DNA of 64,000 nucleotides from Sumerlaeia bacterium (GCA_040219255.1 JAVJSW010000060.1:192001-256000), one strand, 5' to 3'. Numbered from the stretch's first letter, positions 1 to 10,286 are shown. Numbers and translations: made by a program. Notes: generated by a model from the letters alone, not told the origin.

Positions 1-900
1 GAAGGCCAGATTTTCGGTCTCCTCGGCCCCAACGGCGCCGGTAAGACGACCACCATCAAGATCCTGATGGGGCTTCATTACGCCACCTCGGGCAACGCCC
101 GCATCATGGGCAAGGCCCTGGGCGATCTGGATGTGAAGAAGCAGATCGGTTTCCTGCCGGAAAACGCCAACTTCTACGATTACCTGACGGGCGAGGAGTT
201 CCTCGATTTCTACGGTCAGCTCTACGGCATGGACCGCGCGTCGCGGCGCCGGCGCATTCCCGAACTGCTGGAGCTGGTGGGCCTCGGCCATGCGGGCGCT
301 ATTCCGTTGCGGGGCTACTCCAAGGGCATGCAGCAGCGCGCCGGTTTGGCGCAGGCGCTCCTCAACGATCCCAAGCTCGTCATCCTCGACGAGCCCCAGT
401 CGGGGCTCGATCCCTTCGGCCGCAAGGAAGTCCGCGACCTCATCCTCAAGCTCAAGGAGGAGGGCAAGACGGTGATGTTCAGCAGCCACATCCTGGGCGA
501 CGCGGAGATGATCTGCGACCGGGTGGCGATTCTCCACCAAGGCAAACTGATCGCCGAAGGCCATCTGGGCGAGCTGCTCTCGACGCGCATCAGCGACTAC
601 GAAGTGGCGATCAGCGATCCGTCGGAGGCGCTCCTGAAGGAACTGCGCGATTCCACGACACGCCTGGTCGAGCGGCGCACCGATTTCCTCGCCGTCTTCG
701 ACTCGGAGGACAAAGCGAAAGCGGTGATCGGCCGCGTGGTGGCGGGCGAGGGCAAACTGCTGGGTTACACACCGCGCCGCGAAACGTTGGAAGATTACTT
801 TATTCGCGAAATCGAACTGAAACGCTCGGCCGAGCGAGGCAACGCCCCCGTCCTTCCGGCGGCCAAGAACGAGACGCAAGAGGAGGCGAAGGAGGCATGA
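1..900 (+). CDS. ABC transporter ATP-binding protein (PilH-like), 5'-truncated by window edge
   Basis: Frame is open from base 1 (EGQIFGLLGPNGAGKTTT, Walker A); signature YSKGMQQR; Walker B VILDEP; H-loop SSH. Confidence 0.93.
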   Translation, partial: EGQIFGLLGPNGAGKTTTIKILMGLHYATSGNARIMGKALGDLDVKKQIGFLPENANFYDYLTGEEFLDFYGQLYGMDRASRRRRIPELLELVGLGHAGAIPLRGYSKGMQQRAGLAQALLNDPKLVILDEPQSGLDPFGRKEVRDLILKLKEEGKTVMFSSHILGDAEMICDRVAILHQGKLIAEGHLGELLSTRISDYEVAISDPSEALLKELRDSTTRLVERRTDFLAVFDSEDKAKAVIGRVVAGEGKLLGYTPRRETLEDYFIREIELKRSAERGNAPVLPAAKNETQEEAKEA

Positions 901-1841
901 AAGTCCTCGCGATTGCCGTAAACACATTCAAGGAAGCGGTGCGGAATCGGATTCTGTACGTGCTGCTATTCTTCGCCGTGCTGGTGCTGCTGGGGGCCTG
1001 GGTGGCCTCCACGCTGTCGATCTTCGGCAAAGAGAAAATCATCCGCGATCTGGGCGTGGCGGCCATCAATGTCATCGCCGTGCTGATCGCCGTCTTCGTC
1101 GGTGTGGGCCAGATCTACAACGATCTGGACAAGAAGACCATCTACACCATCGTGTCGAAACCGATCAGCCGCTGGCAGTTCCTCTTGGGTAAGTACCTCG
1201 GCCTGATGCTCACCATCGCGGTGAACGTCCTCATCATGACGTTTTTCTTCCTGGCGGTTCTTTACTTCCGCCATTTCATCTCCGACGAGGTGATTTCCCA
1301 GGCGATGGGTGTCGCCATGGGGGAAGCCGCGGGCGGGGGCTCCATCCTCCTGTATTACATCGTCTCGTTCCTCAAGTCCGTCTTCATGGCCATCGGCACG
1401 ATTCTCAGCCTGGGGCTCTACAACACCGATGCGACGGTGGGGATCATGGGCGCTTCCCTGCTGACGATTCTCGAACTCTGCGTCATCACCGCTTTCGCGA
1501 TCCTGTTCTCGTCGTTCTCCAGCCCGACGCTGTCGGCGTTCCTGACCCTGACGGCGTTCATCATCGGGCGGGCGAACCGCGACATCTACTACTTCGGTGA
1601 ACTGCTCGTCAGTCGCGCCCGGGGTTTCGAGAATCTGGAAGCGGGCCAGGTGATGGCTTTCTATCTGTCGCGGGCGGCGGCGTTCCTGACCCCCAACCTC
1701 GACCGCTTCAACAAGCGGGATCTGGTGGCGGAAATGCAGGCCATCCCCTTCGATCCACTGGCCGTTCTCTACGGCCTTGGATACGCGGCGGTGGTGCTGA
1801 TGGTGGCGATGGTGATCTTCAACCGGCGGAACTTCAAATAA
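897..1841 (+). CDS. ABC-2 type transporter permease (PilI-like)
   Basis: ATGA overlap with the ATPase; AVNTFKEAVRNR start; KPISRWQFLLGKYLG motif; multiple TM segments; ends FNRRNFK. Confidence 0.88.
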   Translation: MKVLAIAVNTFKEAVRNRILYVLLFFAVLVLLGAWVASTLSIFGKEKIIRDLGVAAINVIAVLIAVFVGVGQIYNDLDKKTIYTIVSKPISRWQFLLGKYLGLMLTIAVNVLIMTFFFLAVLYFRHFISDEVISQAMGVAMGEAAGGGSILLYYIVSFLKSVFMAIGTILSLGLYNTDATVGIMGASLLTILELCVITAFAILFSSFSSPTLSAFLTLTAFIIGRANRDIYYFGELLVSRARGFENLEAGQVMAFYLSRAAAFLTPNLDRFNKRDLVAEMQAIPFDPLAVLYGLGYAAVVLMVAMVIFNRRNFK

Positions 1842-1882
1842 CGAGGGCAAGTCAGCCCGGCGACCGATGGAAGGACCTGGGA

Positions 1883-3367
1883 ATGCGTTTCCTGAACGTG
1901 AAAGAAATCATCCTGCTGGCCGCGGCGTCCGCCATTCTGGCCCTCTGCGCCCTCTACCAGGATAAAGTCGTCTATCACGACAAGTGGTGGCGCGGCAGCG
2001 GCGCCTACGTGCAGAAGGTCCGCCTGCCCAAACCCGAAGTCGTCAAGGTGGCGGCGCTCGGCTACGACAACCTTTATGCCGATTATCTGACGCTGAAGGC
2101 GATCCAGCAGTTCGGCGCCGGCTGGCGAACGACCGATGGCTCCACCGAACCGATTTACGAGTTCTTCGACCTTATCACCGAACTCGACCCCCATTTCACC
2201 GGAGCCTATGAATTCGGCAATATGATCCTCTCCGACGACCGGGGCGATCACGAGGCCGGCATGCGGCTCGTCGAGAAGGGTATCAAGAACAACCCCGATC
2301 ACTGGAAACTGGCTTACCTGGGCATCTACACGTCGATCTGGGGGGCGGAAGATCCGGAGCGCGCCCTCGAGTTTCTCGAGTACGCCAAGCGGGCGGAAGA
2401 CACCCCCGGCTATGTGCTCCGCATGGGCGAATTCGCCAAGCGCCTCATGGGCAATTATCCCGCGGCCTTCGAGTTCCTGATGGAACAAATGATCGACTAT
2501 CTGGAAAAGGGCCAGACCTTCGAAGCGGAAGTGGCTCTTCTGCGCTTTCAGGGAAGCCTCGACTCCTGGTACAAACAGGAGCTTCGCAAAGCGGCGGAGC
2601 GTTACCACGACGCCTTCGACGCCCATCCGGCGCAAATCGAGGAACTTTTCGACCCGGAAATCATGCCGCCCTACCAGGCGCCGACGATGGAAAACATCCG
2701 CGAGATTTTCGAGCTGGCGAGAAAATCCCCCGCCGACGCCCGCGACAGGATGGGCGCCCTCGTGCAAGCCGCCTACGAGCCGATCGTCGGCCTGCCGCCC
2801 GATCCCTTCGGCACCTGGTACTACATCGACACCGAAATGCGCGACGAATTCATCTCGAACTACGCGCTCGACATTTCTTCCACGGCCCCGCTCCAACAGC
2901 GATTTCCCTACTTCGCCGCCGCCCGCGAAGAACTGGAGGATGTGAATCAGCGCTCCATGGACGCTCAGCGTTTCATTCTGGATTTCAAGCAGAAGAACGA
3001 CGACTTCCCCTCCGCGGAAGACATGGCCGCCTACACGACCGCCGATCCGATGGGCGGACATTATGTGTACAATCCCGAGTTGAGCGACGAGGGATTCCCC
3101 ACCTTTTTCTCGACCACCACCATGCGCGTGAACGAAGGCCGGGAACCCCGCATGGGTTTGCGCGGTCTAGAGATGCCAGAGCGTCCAGTCTCGATCGAAG
3201 GGATGCCGGACTACCTGCAACCCGAGCCCAGCATCTGGGATTATCCAGTGGATATCGAGTGGGCGCGCGGACGCGGTTTGCTCGAGGGTGTGCGGATTCC
3301 TCGCCAGCCCGCCTACATCACCGGTGGTGGAGGCGCCACCGCCGAAGCGCCATTGCCCTCGAGCTGA
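1883..3367 (+). CDS. Membrane-anchored TPR-like protein (PilG/Xap-like ABC accessory)
   Basis: N-terminal TM; LGYDNLYADYLTLKAIQ and LDPHFTGAYEFG motifs, TPR-like helices; third gene of the ABC cluster. Confidence 0.6.
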   Translation: MRFLNVKEIILLAAASAILALCALYQDKVVYHDKWWRGSGAYVQKVRLPKPEVVKVAALGYDNLYADYLTLKAIQQFGAGWRTTDGSTEPIYEFFDLITELDPHFTGAYEFGNMILSDDRGDHEAGMRLVEKGIKNNPDHWKLAYLGIYTSIWGAEDPERALEFLEYAKRAEDTPGYVLRMGEFAKRLMGNYPAAFEFLMEQMIDYLEKGQTFEAEVALLRFQGSLDSWYKQELRKAAERYHDAFDAHPAQIEELFDPEIMPPYQAPTMENIREIFELARKSPADARDRMGALVQAAYEPIVGLPPDPFGTWYYIDTEMRDEFISNYALDISSTAPLQQRFPYFAAAREELEDVNQRSMDAQRFILDFKQKNDDFPSAEDMAAYTTADPMGGHYVYNPELSDEGFPTFFSTTTMRVNEGREPRMGLRGLEMPERPVSIEGMPDYLQPEPSIWDYPVDIEWARGRGLLEGVRIPRQPAYITGGGGATAEAPLPSS

Positions 3368-3464
3368 TCCCGCTCGGTCCAAGGGCGCCAAACCTCCGGC
3401 CCCCGGCCTTGGTCATGATACGTGGCTGGTGGCCGGGGGGCCGAACCTTTACGGAGCGACCCGA

Positions 3465-4073
3465 GTGGCCCTGAAAGACATCCCGGAGTCCCTGATCGAG
3501 CGCTGTCAAAACGGCGAGGCGAAAGCCTTCGACGAACTGTTCAACGCGATCCGGGACGACCTCTTTCGCTGGATCTACTCCATGGTCCGCGACGAGGAGG
3601 ATGCTCAGGAGATCATGCAGGATTGCTGCGTGCGGATCTTCCGTCACATCGGCCGCCTGAAGGATCCGGCCCGGTTCTCTTCCTGGGCGTCGCGCATGGT
3701 CGTCAATCAGACCAACACGTGGCGTGTCAAGGCGCGGCGCACGCGCCTCGAACACCTGGAAGAAGGCTGGGAAGTTCCCAACGAGCGCCTGCCGTTGCAG
3801 GGGCTCGCGGACACGAATCCCCGGGCGGCGGCTTCGCGACGGGAAATCCTGCGCGATGTCAACGAGGCGATCAAATCCCTCCCACCCCGCCAGCGCACCG
3901 CCGTCATGCTCTTCGACGTGCAGAACTGGACCATCCGCCAGATCGCGGAGGACCTCGGCTGCACCGAAGGCGCGGTCAAATTCAATATCTTCCAGGGCCG
4001 GCGCAAACTCCGCCAACTCCTGGAAGGCTACCTGGACGAATCGGGACAACCGATTCTGAAGGAAGCGGAGTAA
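3465..4073 (+). CDS. ECF RNA polymerase sigma factor
   Basis: Region 2 (DAQEIMQD...FSSWASRMVVN) and region 4 (LPPRQRTAVML...IAEDLGCTEGAVK); GTG start chosen downstream of GGAG, within ORF 3288..4073. Confidence 0.9.
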   Translation: MALKDIPESLIERCQNGEAKAFDELFNAIRDDLFRWIYSMVRDEEDAQEIMQDCCVRIFRHIGRLKDPARFSSWASRMVVNQTNTWRVKARRTRLEHLEEGWEVPNERLPLQGLADTNPRAAASRREILRDVNEAIKSLPPRQRTAVMLFDVQNWTIRQIAEDLGCTEGAVKFNIFQGRRKLRQLLEGYLDESGQPILKEAE

Positions 4074-4091
4074 GGGAGGCTGGGCTCAGCC

Positions 4092-5219
4092 ATGAAAGAA
4101 TCGGATTTCGACAGGGATTGGGAAGCGGACGACGTGACCATACCGGCCCACTGGGACCCCACGGAGGACGCCGACGAGCGTTGGCAATCGATCGTTTCCA
4201 TGATGCGTGAAGCGGACGAGGCGCCCATGCCGTTGCCGGCTCAATTCGACGCCATCAAGCTGGCCGCCCTGAAGGGCGCCGGCGTTACCGGAGCGCCCGA
4301 CCGAACGGCGGACGAATCGTTCTTCGGATGGTTGCGCCATACGGTCTTTGGCGGGGGAGCGGGCGCCCAGGCGTTTCGCATGGCCTGCGGAGCCGCCGTG
4401 GCCTTCCTTGTCGGTTGGCAATTCAGCCCCCGCTCCGCTCCCTCGCCGACCCCTGGCACCGGCGCCGCCCCCGCTGCCGAGGTCCGCGGCGCCGCGCCCG
4501 CCGGTGACGACCTCGCCGCCGCGAACTCCGGCAGCCAAACCGCCCCTCGCCCCGCCAACGAACCCGCGCCCCTGAACATTCCCACGGAGTCGATGCTGGT
4601 TCGCTCAGGGCTGACCGAGGACGGCAGACTGCGCAGCGTGCAGCAGGTCAACGACAACTGGGGTTTCGATCACAACGCCCTGGGTTCGAACGCGGGCTGG
4701 ATCGTTGAGCCCCAACCGGCTTTCACCACAGTGGGCAACACGCCCGGTGCCGGGTCCGCCGCCATGGCGCGCCAGGAAGCGGTCGAAGCCCTGCAGCAAC
4801 TGCGATTCCTCAGCCTCGTTCGCCGCGATCAGGACGGCCTGAATCAAGTGCGGCGCCTGGAATGGGCGCTCAAGCCGATGCTGATGCAGGATGAAGCCGC
4901 AGGCGCCATTCCCCGGGCGGAAAACGCCGCCCTCGAATCCTATCGCCGCGGTGAAGAACTCGCCGCCGCGAACCGCCACGCCGAAGCGCTCGAAAGCTTC
5001 GGCCAGGCGCGTCGGCTCGTCCCGGGCAGCTTCCTGGCCTTTCTCTCCCAATACCAGATCGCCCGAATCCAGTACGAGGTTCTGAAGGACTACCCCGCGG
5101 CCCGCGAATCCTATCGCATCGCCCTCGAGGAATACCCGGCCCACTTCCTGACCGACGAACACAAGGCCACGATCCTCGACCGCATGGAAGAACTGACCCG
5201 CGCCGGACGGCCGGAGTAG
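4092..5219 (+). CDS. Putative anti-sigma factor with TM segment and C-terminal TPR-like region
   Basis: Directly after the ECF gene; hydrophobic GAAVAFLVGWQF; TPR-like helices at the C-terminus. Confidence 0.55.
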   Translation: MKESDFDRDWEADDVTIPAHWDPTEDADERWQSIVSMMREADEAPMPLPAQFDAIKLAALKGAGVTGAPDRTADESFFGWLRHTVFGGGAGAQAFRMACGAAVAFLVGWQFSPRSAPSPTPGTGAAPAAEVRGAAPAGDDLAAANSGSQTAPRPANEPAPLNIPTESMLVRSGLTEDGRLRSVQQVNDNWGFDHNALGSNAGWIVEPQPAFTTVGNTPGAGSAAMARQEAVEALQQLRFLSLVRRDQDGLNQVRRLEWALKPMLMQDEAAGAIPRAENAALESYRRGEELAAANRHAEALESFGQARRLVPGSFLAFLSQYQIARIQYEVLKDYPAARESYRIALEEYPAHFLTDEHKATILDRMEELTRAGRPE

Positions 5220-5388
5220 CCAGCAAAGCGAGGAGGAGTTTGGAACCGCGCGCGACGGCCGAGTCCCCGAACACCCAGCCGTCGGCGCCGGATCCTTTTT
5301 TCTTGATTCGGTAGGACCGCGCCGGGCAGTCTTTCGCCTGATCTCCGCCCCGGGCGGACCGACTCCGATCCAGGATTGCACCGCTCTC

Positions 5389-6864
5389 GTGTCCAGGCCG
5401 CCCCGGAAACCGACCTCTACCGCTCGCTTCATCCGATTCCGGGTGCGCATGCTCTTCCTCGTGCTGCCCCTCATTTGGCTCATGATGGCCTTGGCCATCG
5501 GGGCCCCACTCGACGGGCGCGTCGAAGCGGAAATCCGCGGCAGCGGCGCCGCATCGCGGGCGCTCTGGGGCGTCTACGCCAAGGACCTCGCCTCCGGTCA
5601 GGTGCTCGCCGACGTCAACGGTCAGAAGCTATTCATCCCCGCAAGCAACCGCAAACTCGTCTCGACCGCCATGGCGGCGCGCTACTTGAAGGACGAGGCT
5701 CTGGTCACCGTCATCCATGTTCCCACGATTCAAAGCGGCGGCGTCGTACCGGGCGATCTGGTCGTCGAAGCGGTTGGCGATCCGACCTGGAACGCCAGTT
5801 TTCTTCGCGCCCCTGGCCGCAGCCAGTTGACCTCGCTGGCCCGCCAGGTGGCGCAAAGTGGTGTTCGCCGTGTCACTGGCAATCTCGTCATCGACGCCTC
5901 CCGCTTTACCGACCCGGCCCCGGAACCGGAAACGTGGACGCTGTCGGATTTCCAAGCCAATTACGGCGCCATCGCCTCGGTGTTCGGCATCGATCGCAAC
6001 CTGGGCCGAGTCACCCTGACCCCCACCACGCCGGGCAATCCCATCGACGTCGGCTTCGTTGGGGCTTCCGCTCCCTTCAAGATTTACAATCTGGCGCAAA
6101 CCGGCGAGGTCGATTCGGCTCCCACGATTCAGCTATTCCGAGGCCTCGACGGTGAGGAACTGGAAGTGACCGGCCGCCTGCCCAAAGGTTCGCGCGACGG
6201 TTCGCGCGCCTTGCCCCTGGGCCGCCCGGTGGAATTCGCCGCCAAGGAACTCTACGCCGCACTCGCCGAAGAAGGCGTCACCGTCGATGGCTCCATCGTC
6301 ATCGCCGAGTCCGACCGCGCCGAAGGCCAGGTCATCGCCGAAGTACGGGGTGCGGCGCTGGGCGAAATCCTGGAGGAAACCAACCTCGAAAGCGACAATT
6401 ACCTGGCGGAAAGTCTCTATCTGCTGGCCGGGCGCGAACTCTTCGCGAAGGGCTCCTACGAGGCGTCCCACGCGGCGGAAAAGACGTTCTGGCGCAGCTT
6501 TCCCGTGGAGAGCGACGAATGGGTCGGCGAAGACGGCAGCGGCCTTTCGCGCCGCAACCTCATCACGCCCCACGCCCTGGTGGAACTTCTCGGTGGCATG
6601 AACGAGAACACTCTTTTCGTCAACAGCCTGCCCGTTTCGGGCCACAATGGCACGCTGCGCTATCGCCTCTCGAAGGACGGGATGGCGGGCAAGGTGATGG
6701 CCAAGACGGGCACGCTGACCGGCGTGACGGCCTTGTCCGGCTATATCACTCCCGGTGACGGACGAGTCGTCGCTTTCAGCGTCCTCGTCAACAATCACGC
6801 CAGCAGCTCGACCCCGATCCGCCGGGTGGTGGATGAAATCGTGATGGTGCTGGCCGGGAAGTAA
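5389..6864 (+). CDS. dacB: D-alanyl-D-alanine carboxypeptidase/endopeptidase (PBP4, peptidase S13)
   Basis: SxxK (PASNRK), SxN (SDN), DGSGLSRRN and KTG (AKTGTL) motifs; start uncertain. Confidence 0.92.
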   Translation: MSRPPRKPTSTARFIRFRVRMLFLVLPLIWLMMALAIGAPLDGRVEAEIRGSGAASRALWGVYAKDLASGQVLADVNGQKLFIPASNRKLVSTAMAARYLKDEALVTVIHVPTIQSGGVVPGDLVVEAVGDPTWNASFLRAPGRSQLTSLARQVAQSGVRRVTGNLVIDASRFTDPAPEPETWTLSDFQANYGAIASVFGIDRNLGRVTLTPTTPGNPIDVGFVGASAPFKIYNLAQTGEVDSAPTIQLFRGLDGEELEVTGRLPKGSRDGSRALPLGRPVEFAAKELYAALAEEGVTVDGSIVIAESDRAEGQVIAEVRGAALGEILEETNLESDNYLAESLYLLAGRELFAKGSYEASHAAEKTFWRSFPVESDEWVGEDGSGLSRRNLITPHALVELLGGMNENTLFVNSLPVSGHNGTLRYRLSKDGMAGKVMAKTGTLTGVTALSGYITPGDGRVVAFSVLVNNHASSSTPIRRVVDEIVMVLAGK

Positions 6865-6878
6865 CCGGCCGCCCGACC

Positions 6879-8444
6879 CTAGAAATAATCCTCCCAGCCA
6901 TTTGCCCCCGCCAATTGCGCGGGCGCGTTGAGCGCTCCCGGGCTCGGCGCGAAGGCGGGACTCGCCGCCCCCGGCTGAAACTCCTCGAAAGCACCGAGGC
7001 CGTCCGGAACCCGTCCGATCGAGCCCCCGTCACTGCTGGCGCCCGCGTTGGCCTTGCGCGTCTCCGCGTCGCCATAGGACAGCGTGTCGCTGACCGTCGC
7101 TCCATCGCCCACGGTGATCGTCGCGCCCTCGTCGCTCAGGGCCAGACCCGGTACCTCGAATGCCACACCCTCGCTCAGGAATGACAGGTTCCCGCCCTCG
7201 GGAAAGAACACCACCACGCCCCGGGGCGTCAGCACGGTTCCCGCCCCGAGGACAAAGGTCTCGGTATCGCCGCCGCGTTCCACGCTCAGTTCCCAGCCCT
7301 TCAGGTCGATTTCGCGGTTCGTCAGGTTGTGCAACTCGACAAAGTCCTCCGCCGACGGATTCGGCACGCCGTCCTGGTTGAAATCTGTCGTATCGGCAAG
7401 CGCCCCACCCATCGGCGAGGGATCGTAGCCCACTTCGTTGACGACCACTTGTCCGGGCACCGCAGGGTCTACCACGATGACGAAGGAGGCTGTGATCGGC
7501 AGCGACTCGAGCGCCTTCGTCGCCGCCGTTTGGATGTCCAGCGACCCGGTGAACTGCCGGTCGGCGCTTGTGTCGCCGTTCGAGAAGCCAATGGTGAACG
7601 TGATGCTCTGGCCCGGGTTCAAGGTCTGCGGCAGGCTCAGCGCCGGATCGGTCGCGTCGAAGAACTCCGGGTCCGTGCCGGGGCCGAAGCCGACGCCGGT
7701 GATTTCCAGCGGGGCGTTGCCCGCGTTGCGGATTTCCACGTCCTGGGTGGCGGGCGATCCGTCCGTCGACTGGTTGAAATTGCCGAAGTCGACCGCGGTC
7801 ACGCCCGTCGAGAGAAGGGGCGTGCTGGTCGGCAGATCGTTGCCCGTGCCGGGCGTCGGGCCGCTGGGGACGAGGCGGCCGGTGCCTTCCGGCACGCGCG
7901 CGGCTGAGAGAATCTGGCGTGTGTCTTCGCCGCCCTCCAGCACAATCGGCGGGTCATCCACCCCAAAGGCGAGCCAGTCGGTGTTGGCCTCGCCGGTGCC
8001 AGGGCCATCGGTGGCATACACCACCACGTCGAGCAGCCCGAAGGGCGTCGCGGCGGTGCCGTTGGGGAAAGCCTGCTCGGTGCCCCAATAGAGCGCCACC
8101 GCGTCCTCGCCGTTCTGCATAGTGCGTGGCGGCCAAGTCACCACGGAGCCGGGGGCGGCCACGCTGGTCCCGATCACATAGCGCCCGCCCGCGTCGGTCA
8201 CGGCGCCGCTCAGCCCCATGGACCGATACGACAACCCGGTGCCGCCGTCGAAGAACACCACCACCAGCCCGTCGAGCGGGATGAAGGGCTCGTCGGTCCA
8301 AATCTCCACGAACTCCTCCACGTCGTCGCTGGGCGAGTCCGCGGTGTCCGAGTCCACTTCGTTGATGCGGAAGGTCAGCGCCGCCGCCGGCAGCGCCAGA
8401 GCGCAGGCTCCGGCTGTCAGAATTGTGATCAAATCGGTCCGCAT
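6879..8444 (-). CDS. Secreted protein with two lamin-tail-like domains and an ASH/Ig-like domain
   Basis: Signal peptide; INEVDSD...EFVEI and VNEVGYDP...DFVELHN; IRNAGNAPLEI...LNPGQS Ig-like segment; ends AGANGWEDYF. Confidence 0.75.
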   Translation of the reverse strand: MRTDLITILTAGACALALPAAALTFRINEVDSDTADSPSDDVEEFVEIWTDEPFIPLDGLVVVFFDGGTGLSYRSMGLSGAVTDAGGRYVIGTSVAAPGSVVTWPPRTMQNGEDAVALYWGTEQAFPNGTAATPFGLLDVVVYATDGPGTGEANTDWLAFGVDDPPIVLEGGEDTRQILSAARVPEGTGRLVPSGPTPGTGNDLPTSTPLLSTGVTAVDFGNFNQSTDGSPATQDVEIRNAGNAPLEITGVGFGPGTDPEFFDATDPALSLPQTLNPGQSITFTIGFSNGDTSADRQFTGSLDIQTAATKALESLPITASFVIVVDPAVPGQVVVNEVGYDPSPMGGALADTTDFNQDGVPNPSAEDFVELHNLTNREIDLKGWELSVERGGDTETFVLGAGTVLTPRGVVVFFPEGGNLSFLSEGVAFEVPGLALSDEGATITVGDGATVSDTLSYGDAETRKANAGASSDGGSIGRVPDGLGAFEEFQPGAASPAFAPSPGALNAPAQLAGANGWEDYF

Positions 8445-8630
8445 TGTGGCACCAACTTTCTTTGCTTCTGGAATTTGGTCCTATGGTCCGCCCTTGCCCT
8501 GCCGAGTCAAGGGCCGCTGGGACCTGGGGGAAAACTACTGGTCATCGCATCGATAATGGATCAAAATTGAACGCGAAGGTTAGGCCGGGATCGTCGAATC
8601 GTCACAGGAATCGACCGCGCGATTTTTTTT

Positions 8631-8658
8631 TGCAGGGTTGGCAAGCCCCCGTCGTCTG
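8631..8658 (+). promoter_or_regulatory. Possible ECF-type promoter of the adjacent sigma gene
   Basis: T-tract, then TGCAGG...CGTCTG about 60 bp upstream of the start; CGTC is a common ECF -10 core; speculative. Confidence 0.25.
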
Positions 8659-8717
8659 GTCACAGTGAAGGCCGGTGACACTCCGGCCTCTCAGAAATTC
8701 CCGAGACGAGCCCCGCC

Positions 8718-10262
8718 ATGACCACCGTCGCCGAGCCCGCCATGACTTCTTCGTCCGCCGCCGCCAACCCCGCCCCCGATCCCCGCGTGGCCCGCGCCCA
8801 AGCAGGCGATACGGCCGCCTTCGAGTCCCTCCTCAGCGAGCATTTCGGCTTGGTGTACACCATCGCCTACGCCCGCCTGCGCCATCGCGAAGCGGCCGAG
8901 GACCTGGCCCAGGAGGTCTTTCTCCGCGCCTGGCTCAACATCCGCACCTTGCGCGACGGCGCCGGGTTCGGGCCGTGGGTCGGGCGCATGACCCGGAATC
9001 TGGCGATCGACTGGCAACGGCGGGGCGAGCGGCATTCGAAACTCCTGACGTTGGTTCCAATGGACGACCTCCACTCCCGCACCGTGCCCGATACCGCCCA
9101 ATCGACCCCTCGCGAGACTGCATCCCGCGATCAGGAAGAAGCGCTCCTGCGCCAGGCCCTCGACCGCCTGCCCGCCCGCGACCGCGAACTGATCCTGATG
9201 CACTACTCGCGCGAACTGTCGAAAACCGAAATCGGCCGGCACTTCGGCGTCCACGCCACCACCATCGGGCGCCATCTCGAACGCGCCGTGGAACGCCTCC
9301 AGCGCCTCGCCGGAGGACACGCCGTCCGCCCGGAGAACCTGCGCCAGACCATCGGCCCCATGGCCCCGCCGCGTCCCGCCGCCTCGGCCCACGCCTTCGC
9401 CGTCGTGGCCGCCGCGTCGTCCCTCTCGCCCCAGGGTCAGGCCATGCTCGCCGCTGCCGCCAAAGCCACCGGCGCCGCCTCCTCGGCCAACGAATCGGCC
9501 GGTCTGGCGGGGCTTGTCTTCGGATTTCTGAAAACTCTCCCGGCCGCTTGCGCCACAGGAATTCAAACTATGGGAACCACCAAATTCATCACCGGAACCG
9601 TCGTTGCCGCCGCCCTGGGAGGCGGCGCCATCTACCTCGCCTCCGACGATCAGCCCAAGGCCCAGGCCAGCACCGCGGACGTTCAGATGACCACCGCCAC
9701 CGCCACTGAACTCAAGGCCCTGATCGCCGACCCCACCGCCGCCGATGTCTATCGCACTCTGCCCACCAACGGCCTCGTCACCATCGACATTCCCTTTGGC
9801 CAGACCGTCGTCCTCGACACCAACGCCCAGGAGTACCAGCTCGGCCAATGGCGCACCGCCATGACGGCGGAGGACGATTACACCCTCGCCGCCGTCACCC
9901 ACCACGACTTCACCGGAGCCCAGCCCTGGACCATCCATCCCGACCGCCCAGGCGACAACCCGCCGAGTCCTCCCGGCACCTCTTTCGGCCTGAACATGAA
10001 CCCGGACAGCGGGTCCTTCGTCGTCAGCTCCGCCGTCCTCGAAAAACAGCCCAGCGGCCTCCGCGTCCACATCCACACCGCCATGCGCCAGAACGCCGGT
10101 TATCGGTGGCAAGACATCCAGAATCAGTACAACAGCGGACAGCTCGACAAAATCGAGGCCCGCAAAGCGATCCTGCGCCTGCTCATGGGAGAAAACATGC
10201 TCCCCGAGCAGGAACTCAGCGCCCAGGCTTGGCGCGATCATGTGGCGGCCATGGACTGGTAA
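8718..10262 (+). CDS. ECF sigma factor fused to a TM segment and C-terminal extension
   Basis: AAEDLAQEVFLRAW...FGPWVGRMTRNLAID; region 4 LPARDRELILMHY...EIGRHFGV; TM GTVVAAALGGGAIYLA, then about 200 aa. Confidence 0.85.
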   Translation: MTTVAEPAMTSSSAAANPAPDPRVARAQAGDTAAFESLLSEHFGLVYTIAYARLRHREAAEDLAQEVFLRAWLNIRTLRDGAGFGPWVGRMTRNLAIDWQRRGERHSKLLTLVPMDDLHSRTVPDTAQSTPRETASRDQEEALLRQALDRLPARDRELILMHYSRELSKTEIGRHFGVHATTIGRHLERAVERLQRLAGGHAVRPENLRQTIGPMAPPRPAASAHAFAVVAAASSLSPQGQAMLAAAAKATGAASSANESAGLAGLVFGFLKTLPAACATGIQTMGTTKFITGTVVAAALGGGAIYLASDDQPKAQASTADVQMTTATATELKALIADPTAADVYRTLPTNGLVTIDIPFGQTVVLDTNAQEYQLGQWRTAMTAEDDYTLAAVTHHDFTGAQPWTIHPDRPGDNPPSPPGTSFGLNMNPDSGSFVVSSAVLEKQPSGLRVHIHTAMRQNAGYRWQDIQNQYNSGQLDKIEARKAILRLLMGENMLPEQELSAQAWRDHVAAMDW

Positions 10263-10286
10263 GGTACCACGGCCGTCCCGGCCGTG
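10263..10286 (+). repeat. REP-like palindrome (GTAG-type variant)
   Basis: ggtaccacggccgtcccggccgtg contains the hairpin cacggcc/ggccgtg; first 21 nt match the reverse complement of 38354-38374 at 19/21. Confidence 0.55.

Noticed and set aside
10215-10262. ECF fusion protein ends ...AWRDHVAAMDW, a possible Trp tail
   Set aside because: Trp positions (-1 and -10) do not fit the -4/-5 pattern and the protein has no N-terminal signal peptide.
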